Shown: positions 34,401 through 43,298, counted from the stretch's first letter. The stretch is 52,365 nt of DNA from Candidatus Pacearchaeota archaeon (GCA_016866955.1 VGKT01000003.1:1-52365), one strand, 5' to 3'. The notes: generated from the letters alone by a model not told the origin. Numbers and translations: made by a program.

Positions 34401-34837
34401 TTCGTGAAATCAAGGGCGTTGATAAAGATCGAGTTACCAGTAACGATATTTATGACGTATCCAATGTATTGGGTATTGAAGCTGCTCGTGCAACTATTGT
34501 TGCTGAAATTTCGAAAGTCTTGGAATCACAGGGTCTTGACATTAACATCCGTCACTTAAAGTTGATTGCTGATGCTATGACTTCATCAGGTGTTGTTAAA
34601 GGAGTTACACGTATGGGTATTATCTCTGAAAAGGCAAGTATCCTTGCTCGTGCAACATTTGAAACACCAGATAAACAATTCGTGAATGCAACTATCCAAG
34701 GCAGTAAAGATGAATTGAAGTCAGTTATTGAAAATATCTTGTTGAATCAGCCTATTCCTGTTGGTACTGGTCTTCCTGGTTTAATGGTAAAAGTAACTGG
34801 CCCTTTAGCTGAACAAACTAAAGAAAAGGAAGCGTAA
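31403..34837 (+). CDS. rpoA: RNA polymerase subunit A (Rpo1), with A' and A'' parts in one continuous 1144-aa ORF
   Basis: N-terminal Zn motifs (CRTCGQ...C), the catalytic NADYDGDEMN (about 32703-32732) and the bridge helix (GRDSLMDTALRTPKSGYLYRRL). The A''-type trigger loop (AQSFGEASTQMVLRTFHNAG, about 33860-33915) is in the same frame with no intervening stop. Confidence 0.95.
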   Translation: MKEHGFRKQVRSLRFSLLSPDQIKRMSSAKIVTPELYDIDGFPVDGGLMDLRLGAIDPGVRCRTCGQRFKECLGHPGCIELARPLLHIKYIPLMELCLRSFCSKCGKLALSDEKAAGLSPSARAKKARDAKKCPHCQEILERVKLEKPSTFMIGKRRMSPIEVRERLVLIKDEELKKIGMNARTCRPEWAVLSLLLVPSVTTRPSITLDTGERSEDDLTHKLSDIIRANQRLWENLNAGAPEVIIEDLWDLLQYHVTTFFDNNVTRIPPARHRSGQPLKTITERIKGKEGRIRLNLAGKRVNYSARTVVSPDPFIKINEVGVPFEVARILTVAESVTSNNLESLKELIKKGEQYPGANYVIRPDGKKKRITEELKAELCTEIQPGYKVERHIRDGDIVLFNRHPSLHKQSLMAHYVRVLPHRTFRLHPAVAMPYNADYDGDEMNIHSPQTEEARSEAETLLNVNANIISSKNNMNLVGTIADSVTGAYVLSKATLTKSDADQLLYASGVTTGVKNKSLSGTEVFSHILPAKSGITLPQTLTGSNSFGSEDGALVKEVDRDFGRDVAVETINRAFLLGALYLARSGYTLSLQDLNVDTKVKQETDEVVARAEEKTTEIINNYLDGTLTLLPGRTAEESRETAILQILNEVRTEAGKIVKSNFPVDGNVNKMITPGAAGSMLNITQIGCCVGQQSLWNKRISFGYFDRTLSFFKRKDLSPAAHGFIKSSFFEGLKPSEFFFGAITGRDSLMDTALRTPKSGYLYRRLVSALQDLKVEYDGTVRDASEHIVQFMYGDDGRDVSRLHTKDNKVVSGEAIGVITAQSFGEASTQMVLRTFHNAGVAQMQVTLGLPRLVEIFDARKQPSTPLMEVFLDKEYNNEKEAKVIAEKIKEVRLKEIASQITIDFGNKKIEIELDSKALKTVHQGAQKLADKLTDKGLKVKATDLKISINFGDSDFKAMYKLKEKLKDTIISGVKGITQVVVATRGKEYVVLTAGSNLQDVREIKGVDKDRVTSNDIYDVSNVLGIEAARATIVAEISKVLESQGLDINIRHLKLIADAMTSSGVVKGVTRMGIISEKASILARATFETPDKQFVNATIQGSKDELKSVIENILLNQPIPVGTGLPGLMVKVTGPLAEQTKEKEA

Positions 34838-34847
34838 TTCTGAAGCA

Positions 34848-35264
34848 ATGGCAACACTCGATATGCAAACAATTCGTTATTTGAACTTGTTAGATAAAAT
34901 AACGCATGTAAAGACAAGCAAATGTTTTACCTATAATAATACACTTATTTTTGCGGTGCCGAAAGCATTTGTAGCACAAGCAGTGGGAGATCATGCGTAT
35001 AACATTAAGCGTATGCAAGAACAAATTGGAAAGCGCGTGCGTGTTATTGCACAAGCAGAAGGAGTTGAAGATGCAAATCGTTTTGTAAGTGATATTGTTT
35101 CCCCGACTGGTTTTAAAGGGATTGTTATTCATCAAAATGTTTTAACAGTGAACGCGGGCAATATGCAGAATAAAGCTTCATTGTTAGGACGCAATAAAAT
35201 GCGTTTTGCTGAATTAGAGCTCATTGTTAAAGATACGTTTGGTTTTGAATTAAAGATTATTTAG
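34848..35264 (+). CDS. nusA: Archaeal NusA-like KH-domain protein
   Basis: 138 aa, located immediately after rpoA as in the canonical archaeal operon. The KH-like GxxG region is HAYNIKRMQEQIGKRV. Confidence 0.8.
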   Translation: MATLDMQTIRYLNLLDKITHVKTSKCFTYNNTLIFAVPKAFVAQAVGDHAYNIKRMQEQIGKRVRVIAQAEGVEDANRFVSDIVSPTGFKGIVIHQNVLTVNAGNMQNKASLLGRNKMRFAELELIVKDTFGFELKII

Positions 35265-35322
35265 GTTGATGAGCTCTTTTCCCTAGGATACGATATATAA
35301 ACTGTTCTTTCTTCTTTCTTTT

Positions 35323-36351
35323 ATGCATATTTGGTACGGAGTGAATGGAGAAGGGATGGGACATGCCATGCGTAGTGCAGAGAGTATACGTTGGTTGCGC
35401 TTACAAGGGCATACTGTTCAGGGATATGCTGGAGGGAAAGCGAGTGAATATCTTCGTTCAGTAACCCCTACCCTGAAAATTCCCTTTTTACAATGGGTTG
35501 TGCGCCAAGGAACTGTTTCCGCTTTACAGACAGGATTGTTTAACTTTGTACAAAGCCCCTTCCTTTTGTTTACCTTTGGACGATTGCTTTTCCGAGGAAT
35601 AATACATCGTCCTCGTTTGATTATTACGGACTTTGAACCATTGACTGCTTGGACTGCCTTTGTACTCCGTATTCCTTTGATAAGCATTGATAACCAACAT
35701 AGTATTACTGACGCAGATAGTTCCGCTTTACCTTCAGGGATGGGGAAATGGAGTTATCAATTATTTACACGGGTTATGATTCCCTTCCCTCGTCGCACAC
35801 TTATCTATTCCTTCCTTTCGCTTAGAACTCTTACTCCTCGTGCAACTATTGTTGCTCCACTCGTTAAGACATCAGTAGTAAAGGCGCGAGTAACTCGAGA
35901 AACACATTTCTTAGTATATCTTAACAAAAGCGATGACTCACTTATTTCGCTCTTACATATCCTGCCTCGCTATTCATTTATTGTATATGGGCTTAATCGA
36001 GATGCACAATTACAAAATGTAACCTTGCGGTCATTTAATGATGCCTCCTTTATACGTGATTTTGCTTCGTGTAGGGGATTTATTTCAAATGGGGGAATGA
36101 CTTCGTTAAGTGAAGCACTCTATCTGCATAAACCCGTTTTATGTATTCCTCTTGCTGGACATCATGAACAAGAAGCAAATGGACATTTTCTTGTCCAATC
36201 AGGAAAAGGAATGATGGGTAAAACACTTACCCCTCGACTGTTCCAGCAATTTCAACAATTTGTTAGAAACTATCGTGCACCAAAACACCACGAACAACTA
36301 TCTGCTTGGAAACCTGTTTTACAGAAAACACTTACCGATCTTATTTCTTAA
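35323..36351 (+). CDS. GT-B glycosyltransferase (MurG/GT28-like, MJ1255-type)
   Basis: N-terminal GVNGEGMGHAMRS and C-terminal donor-binding region FISNGGMTSLSEALYLHKPVLCIPLAGHHEQEANG. It has its own GATATATAAAC box about 27 nt upstream. Confidence 0.75.
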   Translation: MHIWYGVNGEGMGHAMRSAESIRWLRLQGHTVQGYAGGKASEYLRSVTPTLKIPFLQWVVRQGTVSALQTGLFNFVQSPFLLFTFGRLLFRGIIHRPRLIITDFEPLTAWTAFVLRIPLISIDNQHSITDADSSALPSGMGKWSYQLFTRVMIPFPRRTLIYSFLSLRTLTPRATIVAPLVKTSVVKARVTRETHFLVYLNKSDDSLISLLHILPRYSFIVYGLNRDAQLQNVTLRSFNDASFIRDFASCRGFISNGGMTSLSEALYLHKPVLCIPLAGHHEQEANGHFLVQSGKGMMGKTLTPRLFQQFQQFVRNYRAPKHHEQLSAWKPVLQKTLTDLIS

Positions 36352-36970
36352 AGGGACTGAAATGTTGAGCGAGTTTGTAACAACCGTAAGTAATGAAATA
36401 AGCTGCAAAGACGTCAATAGAGTAATGTTCGTGCATCGCGAGCACGGTGGTTGCCATAAGCAATGAACCTGCTAAAAAGAACCAGCGTATCTTATGTTCC
36501 TTAAAAACAAGAAATGCAATGAAAGGAACGGCAGTATGACCTGAGAAGAATAGATCATTTTGAAATTCAAAGAAGCTGAATGCTCCAGGAAAACCATGAG
36601 ACATGGCATCAAAAGGAGTTTTAAGATGCGTCAAAGAAATAAATGCGCTTCGTACAATCATCAGAAAACTAAATTGCCCAAGCATATGATGTACTTGATT
36701 TACCGCAAATAACGCAGGGTAGAGAATCATCAAAAAGATAATGCCGAGCCAGACATAGGTATAAATGAAGTTCCAATCATAGGGTCCGAAATTATCTAAA
36801 ATAAAATCACTTGCAACTGCATCTCCTTTTTCGGTAACATAGACCCCTGCATTATAGGTAATGGCTGTAGAAACAAAGAGTAAAAAGATTGCAAATATGA
36901 TTGCTTTATGATGTTGCTTAAGTTCTCTTCCCCATTGCGTGAGCCAGGCGTGTATCTCCTTCATATTCAT
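36341..36970 (-). CDS. PAP2_C / sphingomyelin-synthase-like phospholipid head-group transferase homologue
   Basis: Polytopic membrane protein. NDLFFSGHT resembles the SMS D3 motif (C-G-D-x3-S-G-H-T), and HEHYSIDVFAAYFITYG resembles the D4 motif (H-Y-T-x-D-V-x3-Y). It is antisense to the surrounding operon. A GTTTAAATAT box is centred about 26 nt upstream. Confidence 0.65.
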   Translation of the reverse strand: MNMKEIHAWLTQWGRELKQHHKAIIFAIFLLFVSTAITYNAGVYVTEKGDAVASDFILDNFGPYDWNFIYTYVWLGIIFLMILYPALFAVNQVHHMLGQFSFLMIVRSAFISLTHLKTPFDAMSHGFPGAFSFFEFQNDLFFSGHTAVPFIAFLVFKEHKIRWFFLAGSLLMATTVLAMHEHYSIDVFAAYFITYGCYKLAQHFSPFKK

Positions 36971-36990
36971 ACAACCCCTTACCTTCGCTG

Positions 36991-37000
36991 ATATTTAAAC
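36991..37000 (-). promoter_or_regulatory. TATA box (GTTTAAATAT on the - strand) for the PAP2_C-like gene
   Basis: The spacing to the ATG at 36970 is about 26 nt. Confidence 0.5.
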
Positions 37001-37017
37001 ACTATGGGCGGATAAGG

Positions 37018-37025
37018 TTTAAAAA
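37018..37025 (+). promoter_or_regulatory. TATA box (TTTAAAAA) for rps12-rps7-EF-2
   Basis: Centred about 27 nt upstream of the rps12 ATG at 37049. Confidence 0.55.
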
Positions 37026-37048
37026 GCATCTTTGCAAGGACTTCATAC

Positions 37049-37471
37049 ATGGGATTATTGAGTGGACGTAAATTTCGCAAAGATGCACGCAAATATAGAT
37101 GGTCTCAAAAAACCTACAAATCGCGTGTTCTTGGATTGAAAGTAAAAGTTGACCCTTTGGAAGGAGCTAGCCAAGCGAAGGGGATCGTTATTAATAAATT
37201 CCAAAAAGAAGCACGACAGCCTAACTCTGCTATGAGAAAATGTTGCAAAGTACAATTAATCAAAAATGGTATCTCCGTTGGTTCATTTATTCCAGGTAAT
37301 CTTGCACAAAAATTCGTTGATGAACACGATGAAGTAATCATTGAACGTATTGGTGGTCGTTCTGGCCGTCAGAAGGGAGATATTCCTGGTATTCGTTTCA
37401 AAGTAATTAAAGTCAATGAACAGCCATTACACTTATTGTGGAAAGGTAAGCTTGAGAAGGGTAGACGTTAA
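37049..37471 (+). CDS. rps12: Ribosomal protein uS12
   Basis: [17 protein letters not shown] and [13 protein letters not shown] are signature uS12 segments. Confidence 0.95.
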   Translation: MGLLSGRKFRKDARKYRWSQKTYKSRVLGLKVKVDPLEGASQAKGIVINKFQKEARQPNSAMRKCCKVQLIKNGISVGSFIPGNLAQKFVDEHDEVIIERIGGRSGRQKGDIPGIRFKVIKVNEQPLHLLWKGKLEKGRR

Positions 37472-37473
37472 AC

Positions 37474-38091
37474 ATGATTGAGCAACAAGCAACATCTAGT
37501 TTGAAAGTATTTGATTTGTATGACGTGTCTACGATTGTCATCAAAGATCCTGCTATGAGAGCATACATGAACTTTGTTCCTCGTGTGCTCATTAAATCAT
37601 ATGGTCGAAGAAATACTGAATACATGGGCAATACGAAAGTTAATTTGATTGAACGACTTGCAAATCGTCTAGCTGTTCCTGGCCATCAAGGTAAGAAACA
37701 TAAAATTATTACTTCCTGGAGCTCAGGCAAATATAATAAAAATATGAGGACAATTATGACTGTTCTTGCACTTATTGAACAACGCACTAAAAAAAACCCC
37801 GTACAAGTGCTTGCAAGTGCAATTGAAAATGGTTCTCCTCGTGATGAAATCACGGTTATTGAACAAGCTGGTGCGAGATATCCACAAGCTGTTGATTGTT
37901 CCCCTATTCGCCGTATTAATCTTGCTATTCGTTGGATTGTACAAGGAAGTTATGCAAAAGCATTCGGTAAGAAAAAGAAAATTGCTGAAACACTTGCTGA
38001 TGAAATTATGAAAGCTTCTGAAGGAAACATGGAAAGTTATGCCATGTCCAAAAAGAACGAAGTTGAAAAACAAGCTGATTCAGCAAGATAA
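37474..38091 (+). CDS. rps7: Ribosomal protein uS7
   Basis: Its position follows rps12 after a 2-nt gap. The RINLAIRWIVQGS and C-terminal EVEKQADSAR-type pattern fits archaeal uS7. Confidence 0.9.
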   Translation: MIEQQATSSLKVFDLYDVSTIVIKDPAMRAYMNFVPRVLIKSYGRRNTEYMGNTKVNLIERLANRLAVPGHQGKKHKIITSWSSGKYNKNMRTIMTVLALIEQRTKKNPVQVLASAIENGSPRDEITVIEQAGARYPQAVDCSPIRRINLAIRWIVQGSYAKAFGKKKKIAETLADEIMKASEGNMESYAMSKKNEVEKQADSAR

Positions 38092-38099
38092 TAGTCACT

Positions 38100-40289
38100 A
38101 TGGCAGACAAAGAAACAAGTTTAGAGAAAATTAAGCGCTTAACAAGCGAACAAGTAACTATTCGTAATGTTGCAACATCTGCACACATTCACCATGGTAA
38201 AACTGCTTTTACAGATAATCTACTTGCTGCTGCAGGCATGATGGCGAGTAAAAATGCAGGAAGTTTGGAAGAAGGAATGACTACCTGGCAACATGCGGAT
38301 GAACAAGAACGTTTGATGACGGTAGATGCTGCAAACGTAAGTATGGGTCACACGTATGAAGATAAGGATTATTTGATTAACTTAATTGACACACCTGGAC
38401 ACGTTGACTTTGGTGGAAACGTAACGCGTGCAATGCGTGCTATTGACGGTACGTTCGTATTGATTTGTGCAGTAGAAGGAATTATGCCCCAAACAGAAAC
38501 AGTATTGAAACAAGCACTTCGCGAACGTGTAAAGCCAGTTTTGTTCATTAACAAAGTTGATCGTTTGATTAAGGAATTACAATTAACTCCTGAACAAATG
38601 CAAGAACGCTTCATGAAATTGATTCAAAGTTTCAATCACTTAATCATGCAAATCGCTGAACCGGAATATAAGGAAAAATGGCAAGTAAACGTTATGGATG
38701 GAAGCGTTGCATTTGGGTCTGCTAGAGAAAACTGGGCAATGAGTTTACCATTCATGAAAAAGAAAAAAATTAGTTTCAAAGATATTTATCGTATCTATGA
38801 AATGGATGAAGTTGCTCGTAAGGATTGGGTCTGGAAGAACGCAGCATTACATGAAGTTGTGTTAGATATGGCTATCAAACACTTGCCAAACCCTGTTGAA
38901 GCTCAAAAATACCGTATTTCCCGTATCTGGCGTGGAGACCTTGATTCCAAGTTTGGTCAAGATTTATTGAAGTGTGATAGAAATGGAGAAGTTGCATTCG
39001 TTATTACTAATATTGCTATTGACCGACGTTCAGGAAAAGAAGTTGCAGCTGGACGATTATATTCTGGTACTATTAAGAATGGTATGGAAGTATATGCTAA
39101 CAACGCAAAGAAGAAATATCGCTTACAGCAAGTTCTGGTCTATAATGGTATTAAACCTGAACAACTAGAAGAAGTTCCTGCTGGAAATGTTCTTGCTCTT
39201 GTTGGTTTAAATTGTGATGTAGGCGATACCATTACTTTGTCTGAGCAAACGCCATTTGAAGAAATTAAACATATTTTCCAACCAGTTATTACTAAATCTA
39301 TTGAAGTAACTAAATCACAAGATTTGCCAAAATTGATTGATGTTCTTCGCAAAGTAGGTAAAGAAGACCCAAGCTTAAAGATTGAAATTAATGAGGAAAC
39401 TGGTGAAAATTTGATGTCTGGCATGGGTGAATTGCATTTGGAAATTATTGAAGGAAGAATCAAGACTGAAAAAGGACTTGATGTTAAAATGGGTGCCCCG
39501 ATTGTTGTGTACCGTGAAAGTATTGGAAAAACTTCTCCTGAAATAGAAGTTCGTACACCTAACGGGCATAATGTCTTCTTCTTCAGTATGGAACCTTTGG
39601 AAGATAATGTCTATGCTGCTATTGAACGCGGGGAATTACCTGAAGGCCGTGTAAAGAAGAAAGCAGAAGACCTCTGGAAGAAATTATCTACGCTTGGTGT
39701 TTCAAATGATGAAGCTCGTCAATATCAGGAAATTTACAAAGGTAATGTCTTTGAAGAACGTACGCGTGGATTAGTATTGTTACCAGAAGTTATTGAATCG
39801 ATTATTGATGGATGGAAACTGGTTATCGATGGAGGCCCTCTCGCGAAAGAACCTATGATGAAGTCTAAGATTATTTTACATGATGCAAAGTTACACGTTG
39901 ACCATATGCATCGTGGACCTGCACAGATTTATCCAGCAGTACGTCAAGGTATGTTCGAATGTATGAAGAAAGGTGGTGCAGTCTTACTTGAACCAATTCA
40001 AACACACGTCATTGAAGCACCTGTTGATTTCATGGGGGTTGTTACAACCTTAATTGGTGGAAAGCGTGGTGTCTTATTGGATGTACAACAAGAAGGTATT
40101 GATACACAGATTAAAGCAAAGATCCCTGTATCCTCGATGATCGGATGGAGCTCAGACTTACGTTCTGCAACTGAAGGACGAGGTATCTCTTCCTTGCTTG
40201 ATCAGGAATTCCAAAAGATGCCGGGCGAATTACAGCAAGGCGTTATTCGTGGCATTAGAGATCGTAAGGGTCTTGCTGAGAATCAGTAA
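38100..40289 (+). CDS. fusA: Elongation factor 2 (aEF-2)
   Basis: G1 AHIHHGKTAFTDNLL, G3 DTPGHVDFGG and G4 NKVDR. 729 aa. Confidence 0.95.
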   Translation: MADKETSLEKIKRLTSEQVTIRNVATSAHIHHGKTAFTDNLLAAAGMMASKNAGSLEEGMTTWQHADEQERLMTVDAANVSMGHTYEDKDYLINLIDTPGHVDFGGNVTRAMRAIDGTFVLICAVEGIMPQTETVLKQALRERVKPVLFINKVDRLIKELQLTPEQMQERFMKLIQSFNHLIMQIAEPEYKEKWQVNVMDGSVAFGSARENWAMSLPFMKKKKISFKDIYRIYEMDEVARKDWVWKNAALHEVVLDMAIKHLPNPVEAQKYRISRIWRGDLDSKFGQDLLKCDRNGEVAFVITNIAIDRRSGKEVAAGRLYSGTIKNGMEVYANNAKKKYRLQQVLVYNGIKPEQLEEVPAGNVLALVGLNCDVGDTITLSEQTPFEEIKHIFQPVITKSIEVTKSQDLPKLIDVLRKVGKEDPSLKIEINEETGENLMSGMGELHLEIIEGRIKTEKGLDVKMGAPIVVYRESIGKTSPEIEVRTPNGHNVFFFSMEPLEDNVYAAIERGELPEGRVKKKAEDLWKKLSTLGVSNDEARQYQEIYKGNVFEERTRGLVLLPEVIESIIDGWKLVIDGGPLAKEPMMKSKIILHDAKLHVDHMHRGPAQIYPAVRQGMFECMKKGGAVLLEPIQTHVIEAPVDFMGVVTTLIGGKRGVLLDVQQEGIDTQIKAKIPVSSMIGWSSDLRSATEGRGISSLLDQEFQKMPGELQQGVIRGIRDRKGLAENQ

Positions 40290-40449
40290 ATACTGATTTT
40301 TATTTTAAAAATAGTTTAAAATTTCCCCTCTTTTTATGAAAAATATAGTGAATAATATTAAATCAAATTTGTTGATATTTCTTTTTATCGACGGAACTAT
40401 ATACATAACGTGTTGTTTTTAATAGATATATTAGAGTGGCAGGAAAAGA

Positions 40450-40457
40450 TTTAAATA
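40450..40457 (+). promoter_or_regulatory. TATA box (TTTAAATA) for the EF-1alpha gene
   Basis: Centred about 29 nt upstream of the ATG at 40483, within a 193-nt AT-rich spacer. Confidence 0.55.
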
Positions 40458-40482
40458 GGCATTTTCACAGCACTTCATTACA

Positions 40483-41766
40483 ATGGCAAAGACAAAACCA
40501 ACATTAAACGTTGTATTCGTAGGTCACGTTGACCACGGTAAATCTACCACTATTGGTCGTTTGATGTTCGATTCTGGCGCAGTATCTCCTGAAGAAATGG
40601 AGAAGTTAAAAGCTGAAGCTCAAAAGCACGGTAAAGTTGGATTCGAATTCGCTTTCGTTATGGACAAATTCAAAGAAGAACGTGAACGTGGAGTTACTAT
40701 CGACTTATCATACCAGAAATTATTGACTAATAAGTATGAAGTTACTATTATTGACGCTCCTGGACACAAAGACTTCGTTAAAAACATGATCACTGGAGCT
40801 TCTCAAGCAGACGTTGCATTCTTGACATTATCCGCTAAAGATGGCGTTCAACCTCAGACAAAAGAACATGTATGGCTTTTGAGAACAATGGGAGTATCCC
40901 AACTTGCTGTTAACATCAACAAGATGGACACTGTTGAATTCAAGGAAGATGCATACAAGAAAGTTATTGCTGAAGTTTCCCCTATCTTGAAACAAGCAGG
41001 ATATAAACCTGAAGGAATCACCTTCTTGGCTATCTCTGGATTCAAGGGAGATAACGTTGTCAATAAATCTTCTAATATGCCTTGGTACAAGGGTCCAACT
41101 GTTAAAGAACAATTAGACTTATTCACCCAACCTGAAAAACCAACTGAATTGCCTCTTCGTATGCCTCTTCAAGATGTCTATGAAATCACCGGTATTGGTA
41201 CTGTTCCAGTTGGTAAAATTGAAACTGGTGTTATGAAGATTGGTCAAAAAGTTATTATCTTGCCTGGTCGTTCTGGAAAAGGAATTGAAGGCGAAGTGAG
41301 AACTGTTGAAATGCACCATGAACAAATGCCACAAGGCGAAGCTGGCGATAACGTTGGTATCAACATCCGTGGTGTTGGTAAGAAAGACGTTGCTCGTGGC
41401 GACGTTGTATGTGATGCTGCTAAACCTGCTACTATTGCAGAAGAATTCGTTGCACAAGTTGCAGTTATTTCACACCCTACGGTCATTGCAAAGGGTTATA
41501 CGCCTGTATTCCACGTTCACACTGCACAAGTGCCGTGCCAATTCATTGAATTGATTGAAAAGACTGGCCCTGATGGTGTAACTGCAAAGAACCCAGATTT
41601 CTTGAAGAATGGCGATGTTGCAAAAGTTAGAATCAAACCAATTGGTAACCTTGTCCTTGAAACACAAGCTGCTAACCCTCACATGGCTCGTTTCGCTATT
41701 CGTGATGCTGGAGCAACCGTTGCAGCTGGCGTTTGTATTGAAGTAAAAGCTAAGAAATTAGCATAA
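40483..41766 (+). CDS. tuf: Elongation factor 1-alpha (aEF-1A)
   Basis: [17 protein letters not shown] and NKMD. 427 aa. Confidence 0.95.
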   Translation: MAKTKPTLNVVFVGHVDHGKSTTIGRLMFDSGAVSPEEMEKLKAEAQKHGKVGFEFAFVMDKFKEERERGVTIDLSYQKLLTNKYEVTIIDAPGHKDFVKNMITGASQADVAFLTLSAKDGVQPQTKEHVWLLRTMGVSQLAVNINKMDTVEFKEDAYKKVIAEVSPILKQAGYKPEGITFLAISGFKGDNVVNKSSNMPWYKGPTVKEQLDLFTQPEKPTELPLRMPLQDVYEITGIGTVPVGKIETGVMKIGQKVIILPGRSGKGIEGEVRTVEMHHEQMPQGEAGDNVGINIRGVGKKDVARGDVVCDAAKPATIAEEFVAQVAVISHPTVIAKGYTPVFHVHTAQVPCQFIELIEKTGPDGVTAKNPDFLKNGDVAKVRIKPIGNLVLETQAANPHMARFAIRDAGATVAAGVCIEVKAKKLA

Positions 41767-41826
41767 GTATTTATTTTCTTTTTATTGCGATATCTTTTTA
41801 TAGGATTTTTTTGATGCCTTGCAACC

Positions 41827-42207
41827 ATGGATGTGGCTACTCGAACATTTTTGAAAGAACTACTTGTTCCCGCATTACCAGGATTTACTGAACTGTATGC
41901 CTTTCGAGGGAAACGTGCGTTGCTTGATTGTGCTGTTTATTCTCTCGTCTCAGTAGTTGATCAGAAACGAGCACAAGCAAGCATTAAACAACCCCTACAT
42001 CAAGCTTGGACGTTTGTGAGTGGTCTTAGCGCAGGAATGCTTACCGGATGGATTTCTATCGATATGAGTACTGCGGTAACCCATTATGCTTCTCTTGATC
42101 GATATGATGATGCGGCCCTTATTGGAGCATTCTGTATTGCAGGACGAGGAGCAATAGGGTGCGGAGCTCGTACATTAGAACACTATGTACGAAAAAATAT
42201 GGGATAA
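41827..42207 (+). CDS. Hypothetical protein (126 aa), possibly membrane-associated
   Basis: ORF with an ATG about 28 nt after a CTTTTTATAGG box. It has two moderately hydrophobic segments. It occupies the position where rps10 normally follows tuf, but it is not S10-like. Confidence 0.45.
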   Translation: MDVATRTFLKELLVPALPGFTELYAFRGKRALLDCAVYSLVSVVDQKRAQASIKQPLHQAWTFVSGLSAGMLTGWISIDMSTAVTHYASLDRYDDAALIGAFCIAGRGAIGCGARTLEHYVRKNMG

Positions 42208-42354
42208 ATGAGTAGTATGATATCGTTATGTTCAACGCAATTTAGAACCTGCTTAATACCGCCCCTGCCCTTATAATTACTCTAAAATTAATCTCGCTTG
42301 CCCCTCCGCGTTCTCGCCCTGCTTGGTTTTGAGTCGTTGAACAGCGCTTTAACA

Positions 42355-42379
42355 GGAAATGCCTCAGCTCGGCATTTCC
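42355..42379. terminator. Perfect 9-bp hairpin (GGAAATGCC-tcagctc-GGCATTTCC)
   Basis: Read directly from the sequence. It lies 28 nt beyond the stop of the - strand gene 42407..42973 and 148 nt after the + strand gene ending at 42207. Confidence 0.3.
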
Positions 42380-42406
42380 CCAAATTCAATTTCAGCTCTG
42401 AAAAAG

Positions 42407-42973
42407 TTACAATTGTTTCTTTAGATTCATGAACTCTTTAATTTTACCGAGCTTTTCATAGAGAGGAAGAATAGCTACTTGGGCTTTACGTTTTTCTTCA
42501 GGCGTAATGAATTCCAATGCAAGCAGTGATTCATATGCCTCTAAAGCGTGTTTACGCTTATCTCTCTTGAGAAATTCTTCTGCAGTAGTGAAATGCACTT
42601 TTTTATAGGCATCACGCAAGGTAGGTTTTTGGCGTTCGTTTGCTGAACCAAGCGCTTTTGTGAAAGAAACACGCGATTCGTCAAATGCTCCTCCCCTCAC
42701 CAATAGTTCGGCGGATTTGAGGAAATCATTCATCTTCCCTTCAAAAGTGGCGTTAATTTCTGCTGCATTCCGTACTAATTTACCTGCTTCTAGGTGCATG
42801 TGACGCTGTTCATAAATCCCTGCAAGAGTAAGTAAGACATATTTACGCGTATCAAAATCTAATGTTTTCTTGAGACATTGCTGTAAGAAATCCATTTTGA
42901 CATAATCCCCTACACTAGCAAGTTTTGCTTGAATATCTGCTCGTGAGAGTTCACCCGTTCCTCTTTGTTCCAT
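42407..42973 (-). CDS. Hypothetical all-helical (TPR-like?) protein (188 aa)
   Basis: Clean ORF. The helical repeat-like composition (YEQRHMHLEAGKL..., ALEAYESLLAL) is the only feature. No family recognised. Confidence 0.6.
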   Translation of the reverse strand: MEQRGTGELSRADIQAKLASVGDYVKMDFLQQCLKKTLDFDTRKYVLLTLAGIYEQRHMHLEAGKLVRNAAEINATFEGKMNDFLKSAELLVRGGAFDESRVSFTKALGSANERQKPTLRDAYKKVHFTTAEEFLKRDKRKHALEAYESLLALEFITPEEKRKAQVAILPLYEKLGKIKEFMNLKKQL

Positions 42974-43027
42974 GTCAAGTCATGCTTATTGAGCAGTATT
43001 TAAGGATTGTTGTTATTTTTGTAAAAA

Positions 43028-43144
43028 CTATTCCTCATCAGATAATGCATCAAGGTCGTCAAAGATTTCTTCTTCAAAATCCTCAGGTTCTTCAGCAATC
43101 ATGTTTTGAGGTACAATTGCTTCAGTACCCTCTTTTTTCACCAT
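43028..43144 (-). CDS. Possible acidic mini-ORF (38 aa, not in the ORF track)
   Basis: My hand translation gives MVKKEGTEAIVPQNMIAEEPEDFEEEIFDDLDALSDEE. A TTTATATATA box on the same strand (about 43165-43174) is centred about 25 nt upstream of its ATG, which fits the local leaderless pattern. Confidence 0.3.
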   Translation of the reverse strand: MVKKEGTEAIVPQNMIAEEPEDFEEEIFDDLDALSDEE

Positions 43145-43298
43145 ACTCTCTGCTTATTCCCCGTATATATAAACCTTACCGACGATAAAATCTTTCTTTT
43201 CTGGTCACATAATCTTTATATAGTTTGTACTGTCTCGTTGTTCGTTTCCTCATTCTGATTTCCAAAGCTTTAAAAGAGCACAGTTATGCGATAAGTAT

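Noticed and set aside
41767-42406. I considered whether a degraded rps10 gene lies downstream of tuf.
   Set aside because: Neither the 126-aa ORF nor the remaining frames resemble the conserved S10 sequence. The C-rich 42208-42406 stretch has no open frame of useful length.
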